Under the pieces are notes generated by a model. The model had not been told where the DNA came from and made no database searches. It worked only from the letters and a program-made list of their open reading frames with translations. DNA of 64,000 bases from an uncultured Verrucomicrobiae bacterium (GTDB lineage Bacteria; Verrucomicrobiota; Verrucomicrobiia; Chthoniobacterales; UBA10450), in the NCBI GenBank assembly GCA_963735805.1, contig CAVTMK010000003.1:1-64000 (forward strand), read 5' to 3'. This document shows, piece by piece, positions 39,333 to 51,209 of the stretch. Every line of letters starts with the position of its first letter. Position 1 is the stretch's first letter. The position numbers and the translations under genes are program-made.

Positions 39333-41462
39333 GTGAAAATATCATTGCATCATGCTGCGGTCGCTGGCGTGGTAGTCTTTCTGCCAGTCGTCAGCCTTGC
39401 GCAAGGATTCACAATCGAGCAGGTGCTCAGCGCGCCGTTTCCATCCGGCCTAACAAGTTCCTCGCATGCGCCGCGCGTGGCCTGGATTTTCGATAATAAA
39501 GGCGAGCGCAACATCTGGGTCGCGGATGCGCCCGATTTCGTGCCGCGGCAGGTGACACACTATACAGGTGATGAAGGTCAGCAGATCGCCAGTGTGCGGT
39601 TGTCGCCAGACGGCAAAACGATCGCCTACGCGCGCGGCACGGAGTTGAACCGGGAGGGGACATCGGCAAATCCGCTTAACCTGGTGAAAATGCCAAAACA
39701 GCAGGTGTGGGCGGTCAACGTCAATGGCGGCGGTGAGCCCCGCTTGCTTGGTGACATCGGTTGCAGCGAAGAGGGCTGCGAAGATCTCCAGATTTCGCCC
39801 GACTCAAAAATGGTGGTTTGGCCGGCGAAGAAACACATTTGGATCGCCTCGCTCGATGGAAAGAAAAAGGCCGATCAGCTCGAGGAGTTGCTCGGCGAGA
39901 GCGACACGCCACGCTGGTCGCCGGATGGGAAGCGGATCGCATTTCGGTCGAATCGCAAAGACCATTCGTTTATCGCCGTCGTGGAGCTGGCGACTAAAAA
40001 GGTCACGTATCTGGCGCCGAGTACGAACCGTGACGCCGGCCCACAATGGTCGCCGGACAGCAAACGGATCGTGTTCATTCGCCAGCCCGGCGCGCAGTTT
40101 AAGCGCCCGCTCATTCCAGAATTCCCGCGGCCGTGGTCGCTGTGGATCGCAGATGCGGAAACTGGCGGAGGTCGCGAGTTGTTTCGTAGCGGCACAGCCA
40201 TGGAAGATTCGCTGCCCCTGTTCGCGTTTGAGTCGCTCAAATTCGCCGACGACGGGCGGATCGTCTTCGCTTCGGAGAAAGACGGGCGGAATCATCTCTA
40301 CTCAATTAGTACTGACGGAGGCCCGGCGCAGCTGCTCACCCCAGGCGAGTTCGACGTCGAAGAAGTCGTACTCAGCACGGACAGGCGGAGTATTCTTTAC
40401 ACGTCAAACCAGAATGACGTCGATCGTCGTCATGTCTGGCGCGTCGATCCGAGCGGTGGCAAACCACAGGGCCTAACGAGTGGCGAAACAATCGAGTGGA
40501 ACCCGGTCGAGACGAGCGATGGAAAAACGGTGTTGTGTCTCGGGTCAAGCGCGACCTCGCCTGCCATGCCTTATCGGATCACGAGCAGTAAGCGCAAATT
40601 GATCGCGAAGAACATGCTTCCGGCTGATTTCCCTGAGACTGAGCTAGTCATGCCCAAACAGGTCGTGTTTAAAAGCGCGGATGGCCTCGAAATTCACGGC
40701 CAGCTGTTCACTCCAAAGAACCAGAAGCAACGCGGCCCCGCTCTGATTTTCACCCACGGCGGACCGATCCGGCAAATGCTGCTCGGATTTCATTACATGC
40801 AGTATTATCACAACGCCTATGCGATGAATCAATATCTGGCGAGCAAAGGATACACCGTGCTGTCGGTCAATTACCGGCTCGGCATCATGTACGGGCGTGC
40901 CTTTCGCCAGCCGTCAAACTCGGTGTGGCGCGGCGCGTCCGAATATCAGGATGTGATCGCAGGCGTGAAATTCTTGCAGACACTGGACAACGTTGATCCG
41001 CAACGGATCGGTCTTTGGGGAGGATCGTACGGCGGATTTTTGACCGCTATGGGGCTGGCGCGTAACTCCGACACTTTCAAAGCCGGCGTCGATTTCCACG
41101 GTGTCCATGATTGGGCGACTTTTCTGCCAATGTGGGTCGGGGAAGTCGATGACAAGAACGCCGAGGTTGCGCCCGACATCAAAGAAGCTCGCGAGCTCGC
41201 CTTCAAATCGTCCCCGGTCGCAAGTGTCGCAAACTGGCGCTCGCCCGTACTGTTTGTTCACGGCGACGACGACCGGAATGTGCCGTTCCAGCAAACCACC
41301 GATCTTGTCGAAAAGCTGCGCGCACAGAACGTCGATGTTGAGGGGCTTGTGTTTCCTGACGAAATTCATGAGCTCCTTCGCCGAGCGGACTGGATTCGCG
41401 CCTACAAAGCAGCTGCACAATTTTTCGACCAGAAGTTAGGGGCGCAGAAAACCGGACCGTAA
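39333..41462 (+). CDS. S9 prolyl oligopeptidase/DPP IV family with PD40 repeats
   Basis: WSPDG repeats, HGGP, GGSYGG, HGDDDRNV, DEIH. Confidence 0.92.
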   Translation: MKISLHHAAVAGVVVFLPVVSLAQGFTIEQVLSAPFPSGLTSSSHAPRVAWIFDNKGERNIWVADAPDFVPRQVTHYTGDEGQQIASVRLSPDGKTIAYARGTELNREGTSANPLNLVKMPKQQVWAVNVNGGGEPRLLGDIGCSEEGCEDLQISPDSKMVVWPAKKHIWIASLDGKKKADQLEELLGESDTPRWSPDGKRIAFRSNRKDHSFIAVVELATKKVTYLAPSTNRDAGPQWSPDSKRIVFIRQPGAQFKRPLIPEFPRPWSLWIADAETGGGRELFRSGTAMEDSLPLFAFESLKFADDGRIVFASEKDGRNHLYSISTDGGPAQLLTPGEFDVEEVVLSTDRRSILYTSNQNDVDRRHVWRVDPSGGKPQGLTSGETIEWNPVETSDGKTVLCLGSSATSPAMPYRITSSKRKLIAKNMLPADFPETELVMPKQVVFKSADGLEIHGQLFTPKNQKQRGPALIFTHGGPIRQMLLGFHYMQYYHNAYAMNQYLASKGYTVLSVNYRLGIMYGRAFRQPSNSVWRGASEYQDVIAGVKFLQTLDNVDPQRIGLWGGSYGGFLTAMGLARNSDTFKAGVDFHGVHDWATFLPMWVGEVDDKNAEVAPDIKEARELAFKSSPVASVANWRSPVLFVHGDDDRNVPFQQTTDLVEKLRAQNVDVEGLVFPDEIHELLRRADWIRAYKAAAQFFDQKLGAQKTGP

Positions 41463-41493
41463 GATTGTCTGCCCCAGCTGACATCGAGAAGAC

Positions 41494-44184
41494 TTATTCG
41501 TAACGCAAAGCGAACATCGGATCGACTCGCGTCGCGCGAAGCCCTGGGATGTAGCTGGCCAGCACAGCGACACTAACCAACACAATCGAAATACTGATGA
41601 AGGTTACCGGATCGGTCGGACTAACGCCGAAGAGCAAACTCGACATCACGCGTGTCAGAACGAAAGCGACGGCAACGCCCATCGCCAGACCCGTCAGCAC
41701 AAGTCGTAGCCCGCTTCCGATGGTCATTTTCAAAACATCGCTTCTTTGCGCACCGAGTGCCATCCGGATGCCGATCTCGCGCGTCCGCTGCGCAACCGAG
41801 TAGCTCATCACGCCGTAGATTCCCACCGCTGCCAGGACCAGCGCCAGACCGGCAAAGATGCCGAGCAACAACATGCTGAAACGCTGCTGCGCTACCGAGC
41901 CGGAAACTATTTCTTCCATGGAGCTAATATCCGAGACCGGTTGATCCTTATCTATCTCCCACACAGCTTGGCGCACGGTTCCCGCAAGGCTTAACGGATC
42001 GAAATTTGCGCGAATCACCAGTGCGCGCGGTTGGAAAAATTCTGCCTGTTGGTAGGGAAGATACATCTGAGGTTTGGGCTCGGTAATGAGCTCGAATTGT
42101 CGGACGTCCTTCACGACTCCGACCACCGTCAGCCAGGGGTTCGGGGAAGTAGAAAAGCCGACTTTGATATGTTTCCCGATGGCGTTCTCACCCGGCCAAA
42201 AAAGGCGTGCCGTTGTTTCGCTGATCACCACGGCCGGCGGCGAATCGACCTTATCTTGCTCGGCAAATTCACGACCCTCAATTAATGGAATGCTCATACT
42301 CTTAAAGTAGTCGGGACTAACGACTCTGGTTATTACGATGGGCACGCGGTCTGGTGCAGGATCGGCGCGCCCCTCAATCGAGATCCCGACAGAGTTTCCG
42401 TTGTAAGTTAATGGAAGGTCTGTTGCCACGGCAGCTGAGGCCACGCCCGGCGAAGACCCGACGCGACGAAGTAACTCGTCATAAAAGAGGGACCGGCGCT
42501 GTTTATCCGGGTAACGCGTCTCCGGGAGCGCAATCTTCATCGTCAACAATTTTTCAGACCGAAATCCAGGGTCGACATGACGCAGGTGAATGAAACTGTT
42601 GATTAAAAGCCCGGCACCAATCAGCAGAAGAAACGATACCGCGACCTCGCTAATGATCAGGAATCCGCGAATGCGATTACCGTGACTTGCAGCGGCTGAG
42701 TCACGTCCGGTTTCCTTTAAGGTATCGTTGAGATCGGAGTTGGCCATCTGAGCTGCAGGAGCGAGACCAAAAAGCAACCCCGTCGCGATCGAAACCAACA
42801 GCGTAAACACAAGCACTTTCGCATCGATGGAGATGACCTGAACCTGCGAAATATTCGCTGGTATGAAACGCTTGAGCAGTTCGAGTCCGACGAACGAGAA
42901 AAACAGCCCTACGCCACCGCCCAATGCCGCGAGTAACACGCTTTCGGTAAGGAATTGCCGGGTCATCCGGGAACGGCTGGCACCGAGGGCAAGACGCAGT
43001 GCGATCTCTTTTTGACGGACTGCGGCGCGCGCCAACAACAGATTGGCGACATTTGCGCAGGCGATAAGCAAGACAAACGCGACCGCGCCGAGCAAGATAA
43101 GCAACGCCGGTTTAATATCGCCTACCACATGTTCGTGGAGCGGAGTAACGACCGCGCCGATGCTCGTGTTAGTTTGAGGATATTGGTGTTGCAGCCGCGC
43201 GGCAATTGTCGTCATCTCTGCTTGCGCCTGTTGCAAACTGATGCCCGGTTTCATGCGCGCGATCACCTCCAGATAGTGATTACCGCGTTGTTTCGCTTCC
43301 TTTGCAGTAAAGGGCATCGGAACCCAGAGTTGATCCGTGCGCTTCGGAAATTGGAAATTTCCCGGCATCACCCCGACGACCGTGAAACTTTGGCCATCCA
43401 AATTGATGGCTCTGCCGATAATGGCCGGATCAGACCCAAACCGTCGCTCCCACAGAGCGTGGCTCAGAATAACGACACGATTTGCGCCCGATTGATCTTC
43501 TTCCGCCACGAAGGCGCGGCCTAACTGCGGGGCCACTCCGAGCAATTGAAACAGACTGGCGGATACGCGTTGTCCATCGACTCTTTCGGGCTCGCCCGTA
43601 CCGGTCAGGTTAAAACTGACGTCGACCATTGCAGCCATGCCTTCAAAGACATGATTCTGGTCGCGCCAATCCACATAGTTGGCAGCCGCTGGAGTGTCGC
43701 GTGGAAACCCTTGCTTCGAATTGTCCTCCCATACCATGACGAGGCGCTCTGGATTTTTGTAAGGCAACGGCCGCAACAAGACAGCATTGACCACGCTAAA
43801 AATTGCGGTGTTCGCGCCAATTCCCAGCGCAAGTGCAACGACCGCGATAATGGTAAAAGCTGGGTTCTTAAGCAGCATGCGCAGCCCGTAGCGGAGGTCC
43901 TGCGCGAGATCGCCCAAAAAATTTGTCCTTTCTTTCCCGAGCGCAAGTGTGTCGTGTTGAACGCGCCGCTCCACTCGCTTCAATTCGTGAGCGAGCAGAT
44001 CGCTCTCGACCAACCCAGTCAGTGCTGCTTTGTATGCTTCCTCTTCAGTTGCACCCTGACCGAGCGATTGTTCGTATTGATCGTCGAGGTGCTGCGACAA
44101 TTCCTCAACGATCTCGGCTTCACGGGTCGGCGACAGTTGCAGCACCGTTACTCGCTTTCGGATCTCTTCTTTGAAATCAGGCAT
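41494..44184 (-). CDS. ADOP-type duplicated MacB/FtsX ABC permease with prefix domain
   Basis: EELSQHLD prefix; DLRYGLRML; LIACANVANL; QRTREIGIRMALGA. Confidence 0.92.
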   Translation of the reverse strand: MPDFKEEIRKRVTVLQLSPTREAEIVEELSQHLDDQYEQSLGQGATEEEAYKAALTGLVESDLLAHELKRVERRVQHDTLALGKERTNFLGDLAQDLRYGLRMLLKNPAFTIIAVVALALGIGANTAIFSVVNAVLLRPLPYKNPERLVMVWEDNSKQGFPRDTPAAANYVDWRDQNHVFEGMAAMVDVSFNLTGTGEPERVDGQRVSASLFQLLGVAPQLGRAFVAEEDQSGANRVVILSHALWERRFGSDPAIIGRAINLDGQSFTVVGVMPGNFQFPKRTDQLWVPMPFTAKEAKQRGNHYLEVIARMKPGISLQQAQAEMTTIAARLQHQYPQTNTSIGAVVTPLHEHVVGDIKPALLILLGAVAFVLLIACANVANLLLARAAVRQKEIALRLALGASRSRMTRQFLTESVLLAALGGGVGLFFSFVGLELLKRFIPANISQVQVISIDAKVLVFTLLVSIATGLLFGLAPAAQMANSDLNDTLKETGRDSAAASHGNRIRGFLIISEVAVSFLLLIGAGLLINSFIHLRHVDPGFRSEKLLTMKIALPETRYPDKQRRSLFYDELLRRVGSSPGVASAAVATDLPLTYNGNSVGISIEGRADPAPDRVPIVITRVVSPDYFKSMSIPLIEGREFAEQDKVDSPPAVVISETTARLFWPGENAIGKHIKVGFSTSPNPWLTVVGVVKDVRQFELITEPKPQMYLPYQQAEFFQPRALVIRANFDPLSLAGTVRQAVWEIDKDQPVSDISSMEEIVSGSVAQQRFSMLLLGIFAGLALVLAAVGIYGVMSYSVAQRTREIGIRMALGAQRSDVLKMTIGSGLRLVLTGLAMGVAVAFVLTRVMSSLLFGVSPTDPVTFISISIVLVSVAVLASYIPGLRATRVDPMFALRYE

Positions 44185-44521
44185 GTGCAATTCCGGTAAT
44201 GCGATTGATTGCACCGACGAATTCCTGCCATCCATCGCGTTGCGCAGCTAACACCTTCTTGCCCGTGGCAGTGATCCGATAGTAACGGCGTCGCCGTTGT
44301 CCGGCTTTTTCTACCCAGCGTCCGCAGATCCAGCCACGTCGCTCCAATCGATAGAGCAATGGATAAAGGGAAGCCACGTTGAACCGGAGGACGCCCTGTG
44401 AACGCGACTCGATCAACTGGCCGATATCGTACCCGTGCCGGGGACGATCTTCCAGCAATGACAGAATCAACAACTCCGCGCTGCCTTTCTTTAATTCGCG
44501 ATCGAGCATTGCTGAAGCCAT
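44177..44521 (-). CDS. PadR-family regulator (acidobacterial type)
   Basis: LILSLL..PRHGY..SLYPLLYRLE..RRRYYRIT..G. Confidence 0.9.
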   Translation of the reverse strand: MASAMLDRELKKGSAELLILSLLEDRPRHGYDIGQLIESRSQGVLRFNVASLYPLLYRLERRGWICGRWVEKAGQRRRRYYRITATGKKVLAAQRDGWQEFVGAINRITGIAHA

Positions 44522-44651
44522 ATATGTTTATGACGTATATCTGTGACAACGCAACAGTCAAACAAATTCACAGTGTGAAAATGTTAACCACATCCCGACC
44601 TGCCACGGGCGGACTACAACTGTCATTTCGTTCGCGCCTGCCACGCCCGGT

Positions 44652-44674
44652 TGCTCGCGAAAGCTTTCGGAGCA
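44652..44674. repeat. 23-bp palindrome TGCTCGCGAAAGCTTTCGGAGCA
   Basis: Near-perfect palindrome; its two halves recur split inside attC 8741-8932. Confidence 0.6.
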
Positions 44675-44724
44675 GCCTTGCGAAGGGAGGTCGATTTGTG
44701 GTTAGAATGCGTTAACCGAATTTT

Positions 44725-45129
44725 ATGGAGTTCACAGGCGGATGTGTTTGCGGAGGGACACGATATGTATTAAAGAGCCGGCCGTTCGCATTGGTCGAAT
44801 GTCATTGCATCGATTGCCGGCGAAGCGCGGGCGCGCCTTATGTCACGTGGGGATCGGTCCCTCGTGAAGATCTGGTCATCACAAAAGGCGAGGCGCGCAA
44901 AATCGTGCATGCAAATCGGATTCGCTGTTTTGCTGCCTGTTGCGGCACGCACTTATTCTTCGAGGACACTGACGACTCAAAAGCGATCGATGTAACGATT
45001 GGGTCGCTTGATGATCCAACACCGTTTGCGCCTCAAAAGGTGATCTGGCTCGAAGACAAATTGCCCTGGGTTACGATCGACGACTCGCTTCCAAGGTTCC
45101 AAAAGACTCCGAATAGCCCTGGCACGTGA
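44725..45129 (+). CDS. GFA/CENP-V family protein
   Basis: GGCVCG, CHCIDCRR, FAACCGTHL. Confidence 0.88.
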   Translation: MEFTGGCVCGGTRYVLKSRPFALVECHCIDCRRSAGAPYVTWGSVPREDLVITKGEARKIVHANRIRCFAACCGTHLFFEDTDDSKAIDVTIGSLDDPTPFAPQKVIWLEDKLPWVTIDDSLPRFQKTPNSPGT

Positions 45130-45530
45130 AACACAATGTTGCTCTCATCTCTGTCTTCAGCGGACTGCTAACTTTTTTCGGGCCGGTCAGCTGTGGATAT
45201 GCGTCCGAACAAAAGGCTGCGTACGGAACGCCGGTGAAATATCAGCTCGGCAAAAAAATCGAATTTCCAGATTTTACAGTCGAGTATTTGGGCGAACGCC
45301 GCAAAAGCAGTTCTGTCTATCCGAGAGGATTCCTCTATTACGATTTCAAGGTCACCAAAGAAACGTCTGAAAAAGTAATTTCCTGGACGACCGGTACGGG
45401 GATCATTGATCCCACGGACTTTGAATTCGAAGGCAAGCGTTATCACCTCGAGTTACGCCGTTCGGAGAAGCTCGGAAAATTAAAGGACAACGAACTAGTA
45501 ATCTGGCGTGGAAATTTCAGATCCGGATAA
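45126..45530 (+). CDS. Secreted hypothetical protein
   Basis: N-terminal hydrophobic signal; overlaps the upstream stop. Confidence 0.6.
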   Translation: MKHNVALISVFSGLLTFFGPVSCGYASEQKAAYGTPVKYQLGKKIEFPDFTVEYLGERRKSSSVYPRGFLYYDFKVTKETSEKVISWTTGTGIIDPTDFEFEGKRYHLELRRSEKLGKLKDNELVIWRGNFRSG

Positions 45531-45649
45531 AGCAGTTGCCAACCCGGCTCGGACGGAACCGCCCCACAGTCAACGCTGATTGCGGTACCTAAGAACGGAA
45601 TTCCGGAGCCTCTTGCTCTTCCACGCACGCTGTGGCACAGACCAAATAG

Positions 45650-45958
45650 ATGAATCCGAAGGCTTTCTTCGGTGAACTGAAGCGTCGCAACGTTTACAAA
45701 GTCGCGGTTGCTTACATCGTCGCCGGGTGGGCGTTTGCCCAGGGAGCAGCACAGCTTTTCCCGGTGTTTGACGTTCCAAACTGGATTGTCCGGGTAATCG
45801 TCGTCTTGATCGTCATCGGTTTTCCCATCGCGCTCGTTCTGGCATGGGCATTCGAGATCACACCCGAAGGACTCAAGCGTGCTGAAGACGCCGACGCGAT
45901 GCCGCAATCTGCCCGGCTGACGAATCACAGCTGGATTTATATTGTTGGCAAATCGTGA
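45650..45958 (+). pseudogene. Truncated N-terminal membrane module of the TolB-like/TPR signalling family
   Basis: FFGELKRRNVYKVAVAY..GFPIALVLAWAFEITPEG, then an early stop. Confidence 0.7.
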
Positions 45959-45996
45959 ATTCTTTAGCGCCAAAATGAAATATGGTGCCGTGTTCA

Positions 45997-46533
45997 ATGC
46001 TATTTGATCTTCAACCACATCTGAAAGGCGAACTCATCGAACTGCGTCCGCTCAAACCCGAAGATTGGAATGATCTTTTTGCTGTCGCGTCCGACCCGCT
46101 CATTTGGGAGCAGCATCCGGAAAGCGATCGCCACGAAGAAGACGTATTCAGGGTTTTCTTCAAAGGCGCTCTCGAATGCGGTGGAACGTTTGTTGTGATT
46201 GATACGAAGAGCAAACGAGTGATCGGGTCGACACGTTTTTACGGGTACGATCCGGATAAATCGGAGATTGAAATTGGATGGACGTTCCTCGCGCGAAAAT
46301 ACTGGGGCGGACGATACAATCGGGAAATGAAACAACTAATGCTGGACCATGCGTTCGAATTTGTTGAGAACGTCATTTTTCTTGTTGGGGAAAGTAATAT
46401 TCGCTCTCAGAAGGCCACGGAAAAGATTGGCGGAATCAGAGACGGGATGGTGACAAAGATCTATGGAAACCGTCCGCCATCTACTAATGTGAGGTACCTG
46501 ATCAAGAAGTCGCGTCACAGGGCTCAGGGTTGA
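45997..46533 (+). CDS. GNAT N-acetyltransferase (RimJ/RimL-like)
   Basis: IGSTRFY..EIGWTFL..N.RSQKATEKIG. Confidence 0.88.
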   Translation: MLFDLQPHLKGELIELRPLKPEDWNDLFAVASDPLIWEQHPESDRHEEDVFRVFFKGALECGGTFVVIDTKSKRVIGSTRFYGYDPDKSEIEIGWTFLARKYWGGRYNREMKQLMLDHAFEFVENVIFLVGESNIRSQKATEKIGGIRDGMVTKIYGNRPPSTNVRYLIKKSRHRAQG

Positions 46534-46656
46534 TTTGAGGAACACGATAGTAAAGGGACGCTGCCAAACAGGGCAGCCCTGGCTGGGAAGAGTACGTCCG
46601 ATTTGGAGGTCCGGAACGTGCTTGGCAGAAATGTGAGAAAATCCTGAGATTTGTGG

Positions 46657-46684
46657 TTGACGAACTCAGCGCATCCCTTATGTT
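46657..46684 (+). promoter_or_regulatory. rRNA promoter TTGACG-N16-TATGTT
   Basis: Near-consensus sigma70 boxes about 360 nt upstream of 16S. Confidence 0.65.
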
Positions 46685-46808
46685 GTGAATCCCGCGAAAG
46701 CGGACCAACTCTTGCGTGGGTTGGTGTTCTTCTCTTGGCTTGAGACAAGCCGATCTTGGTCAGATTAATGACGATGGTCGTGTATTGCCTTGTACCGGAG
46801 AGGATTGT

Positions 46809-46821
46809 GGATCTTTGACAG
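46809..46821 (+). promoter_or_regulatory. boxA-like antiterminator
   Basis: GGATCTTTGACAG in the rRNA leader. Confidence 0.6.
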
Positions 46822-47040
46822 TTTGGTCGTGGGCTTCGTTGAAGAAGTCCGTCGATGGGAATAGATAGTCAGCAAACATTGAATTGTGCGTTATCTGTCG
46901 ATCTTTTTTGAAATTAAAGATTCAGATCGGACAAACGCTGCTTCGGATGAGGTGCAGCCGACACGGTTGGCACCACGGAAGAAGCAGGAATGAAAGTCAG
47001 ATCACAAACTTTCGGTTTCCTCACGGGAACCGAGTCGTTT

Positions 47041-48612
<1,572 letters not shown>

Positions 48613-48794
48613 TATTCATCGCCTTCGAGTCTCCAGATTCGAAGAGCGGTTGAATAGGTCGACGGCTAAATCCGCGGAGTGAATCAATTGATCACTTCCC
48701 GGACACGCCGTGAAGACTTTGGAATCGAAAGAAACCAAAGCTTCAAAGAAGATTAGGGTAACGCACAATTCAGTCTTTGCTGCACATCGACTGC

Positions 48795-48840
48795 AATGCC
48801 GGATGACGATTCGCAAGATCGCCATCCGGCATTTTGCTTT
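48795..48840 (+). terminator. Hairpin + U-tract after 16S (repeat copy 1)
   Basis: AATGCCGGATG..CATCCGGCATT followed by TTGCTTT. Confidence 0.7.
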
Positions 48841-48907
48841 CTATCTAACGTGTTAGCCTCGCTGAGCCTATGAGATGGGCAGCGGCGAAACAGACTCGAA
48901 ATTCTGT

Positions 48908-49357
48908 TTAGTGAACCAACGTCGCCAAGGGCTTTCTGCCTTCCTCAGCGTCGTGCAGGTCTATCCATGTTTTGATGTCGTCACGATTACCCAAGCCTGA
49001 CCGCTTTTTAGCTTCCTGTAGGTCTGCACTCGCGTCGTCTCGCCAGCCGCGCTTCATGAGAAACGCGTTCCAGATCGAGATTTCCTCATCCCCGGGTCTC
49101 CTGCCTTTCTCAAAGCACCACTCGAGAATTTCCTCATCCGATCCGCCTTTCAGCGTTCGCTCCACAAGTTCATCGTAATTTATGCCCAAAAATCTTGTGC
49201 AACGAGCGTCGAACATCGTGGGATCTTCATCTACACCGGTAAAGTAGTCAGCCGGCAATTCACCTCGGGCTTTTAACCGGATCTTATCAAGCATCCGCGC
49301 AAAATAAATCAGGCCTTTTGTTTCAACGTGATCGCTACAGGGATTCTGAGTCTGCAT
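48908..49357 (-). CDS. DUF5069 domain protein
   Basis: YFARMLDKIRL..G.LP..FD..FLGI.Y..WN..D.EEGR. Confidence 0.8.
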   Translation of the reverse strand: MQTQNPCSDHVETKGLIYFARMLDKIRLKARGELPADYFTGVDEDPTMFDARCTRFLGINYDELVERTLKGGSDEEILEWCFEKGRRPGDEEISIWNAFLMKRGWRDDASADLQEAKKRSGLGNRDDIKTWIDLHDAEEGRKPLATLVH

Positions 49358-49533
49358 TAAAAAAGCTTCTGACCTTGTGGTAAAGTGTCAACAAGCCACT
49401 CGGCACGAAATGGCCATACCACTTCGACCAAAGCTTGCGGTTATCACCAGTTCGCTTAATGAGCACGATTCGAATCGTGAAGGGAAATTCAACTAAAAAG
49501 CCAGGTAAAAGGCAGCGCCGTCGTCATTCGATT

Positions 49534-51018
49534 ATGGCTTTTGAAATGATTCGCCTGGATCGTGCTTTGGATGAACCGCTTCATGAACAGCTTTATCGCC
49601 AGATTCGCGACGAATTGGTTTCGGCAACGTTCAACAACAACAACTGTTCGCGACTTCCATCTTCTCGCGAGCTGGCGGCCGATCTGAAAGTATCCCGATT
49701 CACTGTAAACGTCGCCTTTTCCAGGCTCCATTCGGAAGGTTACCTTCAATCGAGAATTGGATCGGGCACATTCGTCGCCGAGCAGTTACCTGAAACTTTT
49801 CTCAGTGCACAAACGACAAGAGAAAAACCACACACAGAACGCCCGCCGCGTCTCTCTGATCGGGTAAGAAATATTCCGGATCATCGAGCTGGAAAACAGT
49901 TCGATTTTGGTATCGCCGGTCCACCGGGCGTCACGTTCGTTCCCGCTGTTGCAGCACTGGACGAATTTCCAATCGAAATATGGGAACGACTCAGAGCAGA
50001 CGTGCTTGCAAACAAGGGAGCCCATTTACTCCAGTATGCTTCGAGTCGTGGCGACCCCGATCTGCGCAAAGCGCTCGCCACTTATTTGTGCGATTACAGA
50101 GGTGCGCGCTGTCACCCAGACCAGATCATCATCACTGCTGGAACGCAGCAGGCAATGATGATCAGCGCAATGGCTCTCGTTAATCGAGGAGAGGTCGCAT
50201 GGATCGAGGACCCGGGTTTCTATCAGGCTCGCCGCACTTTTGGGTTCGCAGGGGCAACCGTCGTTCCGAGGCCGGTCGATCGAGAAGGGCTGACAATCGC
50301 GCGACCGCCGAAGCAGCGCTCACCGAAAATCATTTACGTCACGCCTTCCCACCAATTCCCGCTCGGCATGACGATGAGTCTCTCGCGAAGAACAGCTCTG
50401 ATCGATTTCGCGCGTTCGTGTGACGCCTACATTTTCGAAGACGATCATAACTCGGAATTTCGTTATACCGGTCCCCCGCTCCCCTGCTTACAGGGACTCG
50501 ATAACGCGGGTCGCGTTATCTATGCAGGTACCATGAGTAAGATCCTCTATCCCTCTTTGCGGCTGGGTTACATCCTTGCGCCGGAACAATTGGTCGAGCC
50601 GATGATCAAAATTCGCGCCGTCATGGACCAACATTCGCCAGCGATCGATCAGGCAACGCTGGCCCGATTCCTGACCGAGGGTTTTTTCCTGAGCCATATT
50701 AAGCGAATGCGAAAACTGTACGCTGACCGAAGAGAATTCTTTATCGAACAATTCAGCAATTTGTTAGGCAAATATTTTAATTTGGAAATTCCGGAAGCGG
50801 GATTGCATTTCGTCGCCTGGCTTCGCCTAAAGGCAGACTTACCGTTAATCACTCGCGTCTGCAGTGAAGTCGGTATCAGACCGTCGCCGTTGTCTTCCTG
50901 CTTTATGAAAGCAAAGCCAGAGCCCGCGCTCACTTTCGGCTTCGCCGCATGGTCGCGTGCGCAGATTCGCGAAGGTCTTTGCAAGTTTGCGGCAGCGCTT
51001 AATTCACGACTGAATTAA
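49534..51018 (+). CDS. MocR/GabR-family PLP-dependent regulator
   Basis: RLPSSRELA wHTH; EDPGF, YVTPSHQFPLG, EDD, GTMSKILYPSLRLG; start may be 49459. Confidence 0.92.
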   Translation: MAFEMIRLDRALDEPLHEQLYRQIRDELVSATFNNNNCSRLPSSRELAADLKVSRFTVNVAFSRLHSEGYLQSRIGSGTFVAEQLPETFLSAQTTREKPHTERPPRLSDRVRNIPDHRAGKQFDFGIAGPPGVTFVPAVAALDEFPIEIWERLRADVLANKGAHLLQYASSRGDPDLRKALATYLCDYRGARCHPDQIIITAGTQQAMMISAMALVNRGEVAWIEDPGFYQARRTFGFAGATVVPRPVDREGLTIARPPKQRSPKIIYVTPSHQFPLGMTMSLSRRTALIDFARSCDAYIFEDDHNSEFRYTGPPLPCLQGLDNAGRVIYAGTMSKILYPSLRLGYILAPEQLVEPMIKIRAVMDQHSPAIDQATLARFLTEGFFLSHIKRMRKLYADRREFFIEQFSNLLGKYFNLEIPEAGLHFVAWLRLKADLPLITRVCSEVGIRPSPLSSCFMKAKPEPALTFGFAAWSRAQIREGLCKFAAALNSRLN

Positions 51019-51209
51019 GAAATATCTCTTGCTGAGCCCTCGTGCATGACTCAGCCGTTGGTTTGTCTCGTTGTTCTGCATCGTTCTCCGTTCGAGCCAT
51101 GATTTACAACTAAAATGGCTCGTACAAAAGCTGCCAAGTGGATCTGGTGGTGATTCAAAGCCAGTTCTTAAAGTGTCGTCATGAAAAACTTCAACAAAGG
51201 AGACAAACC

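Noticed and set aside
48843..48858. ATCTAAC-GT-GTTAGCC as an empty attC/attI junction
   Set aside because: Only 7-mers with no L boxes; could be chance
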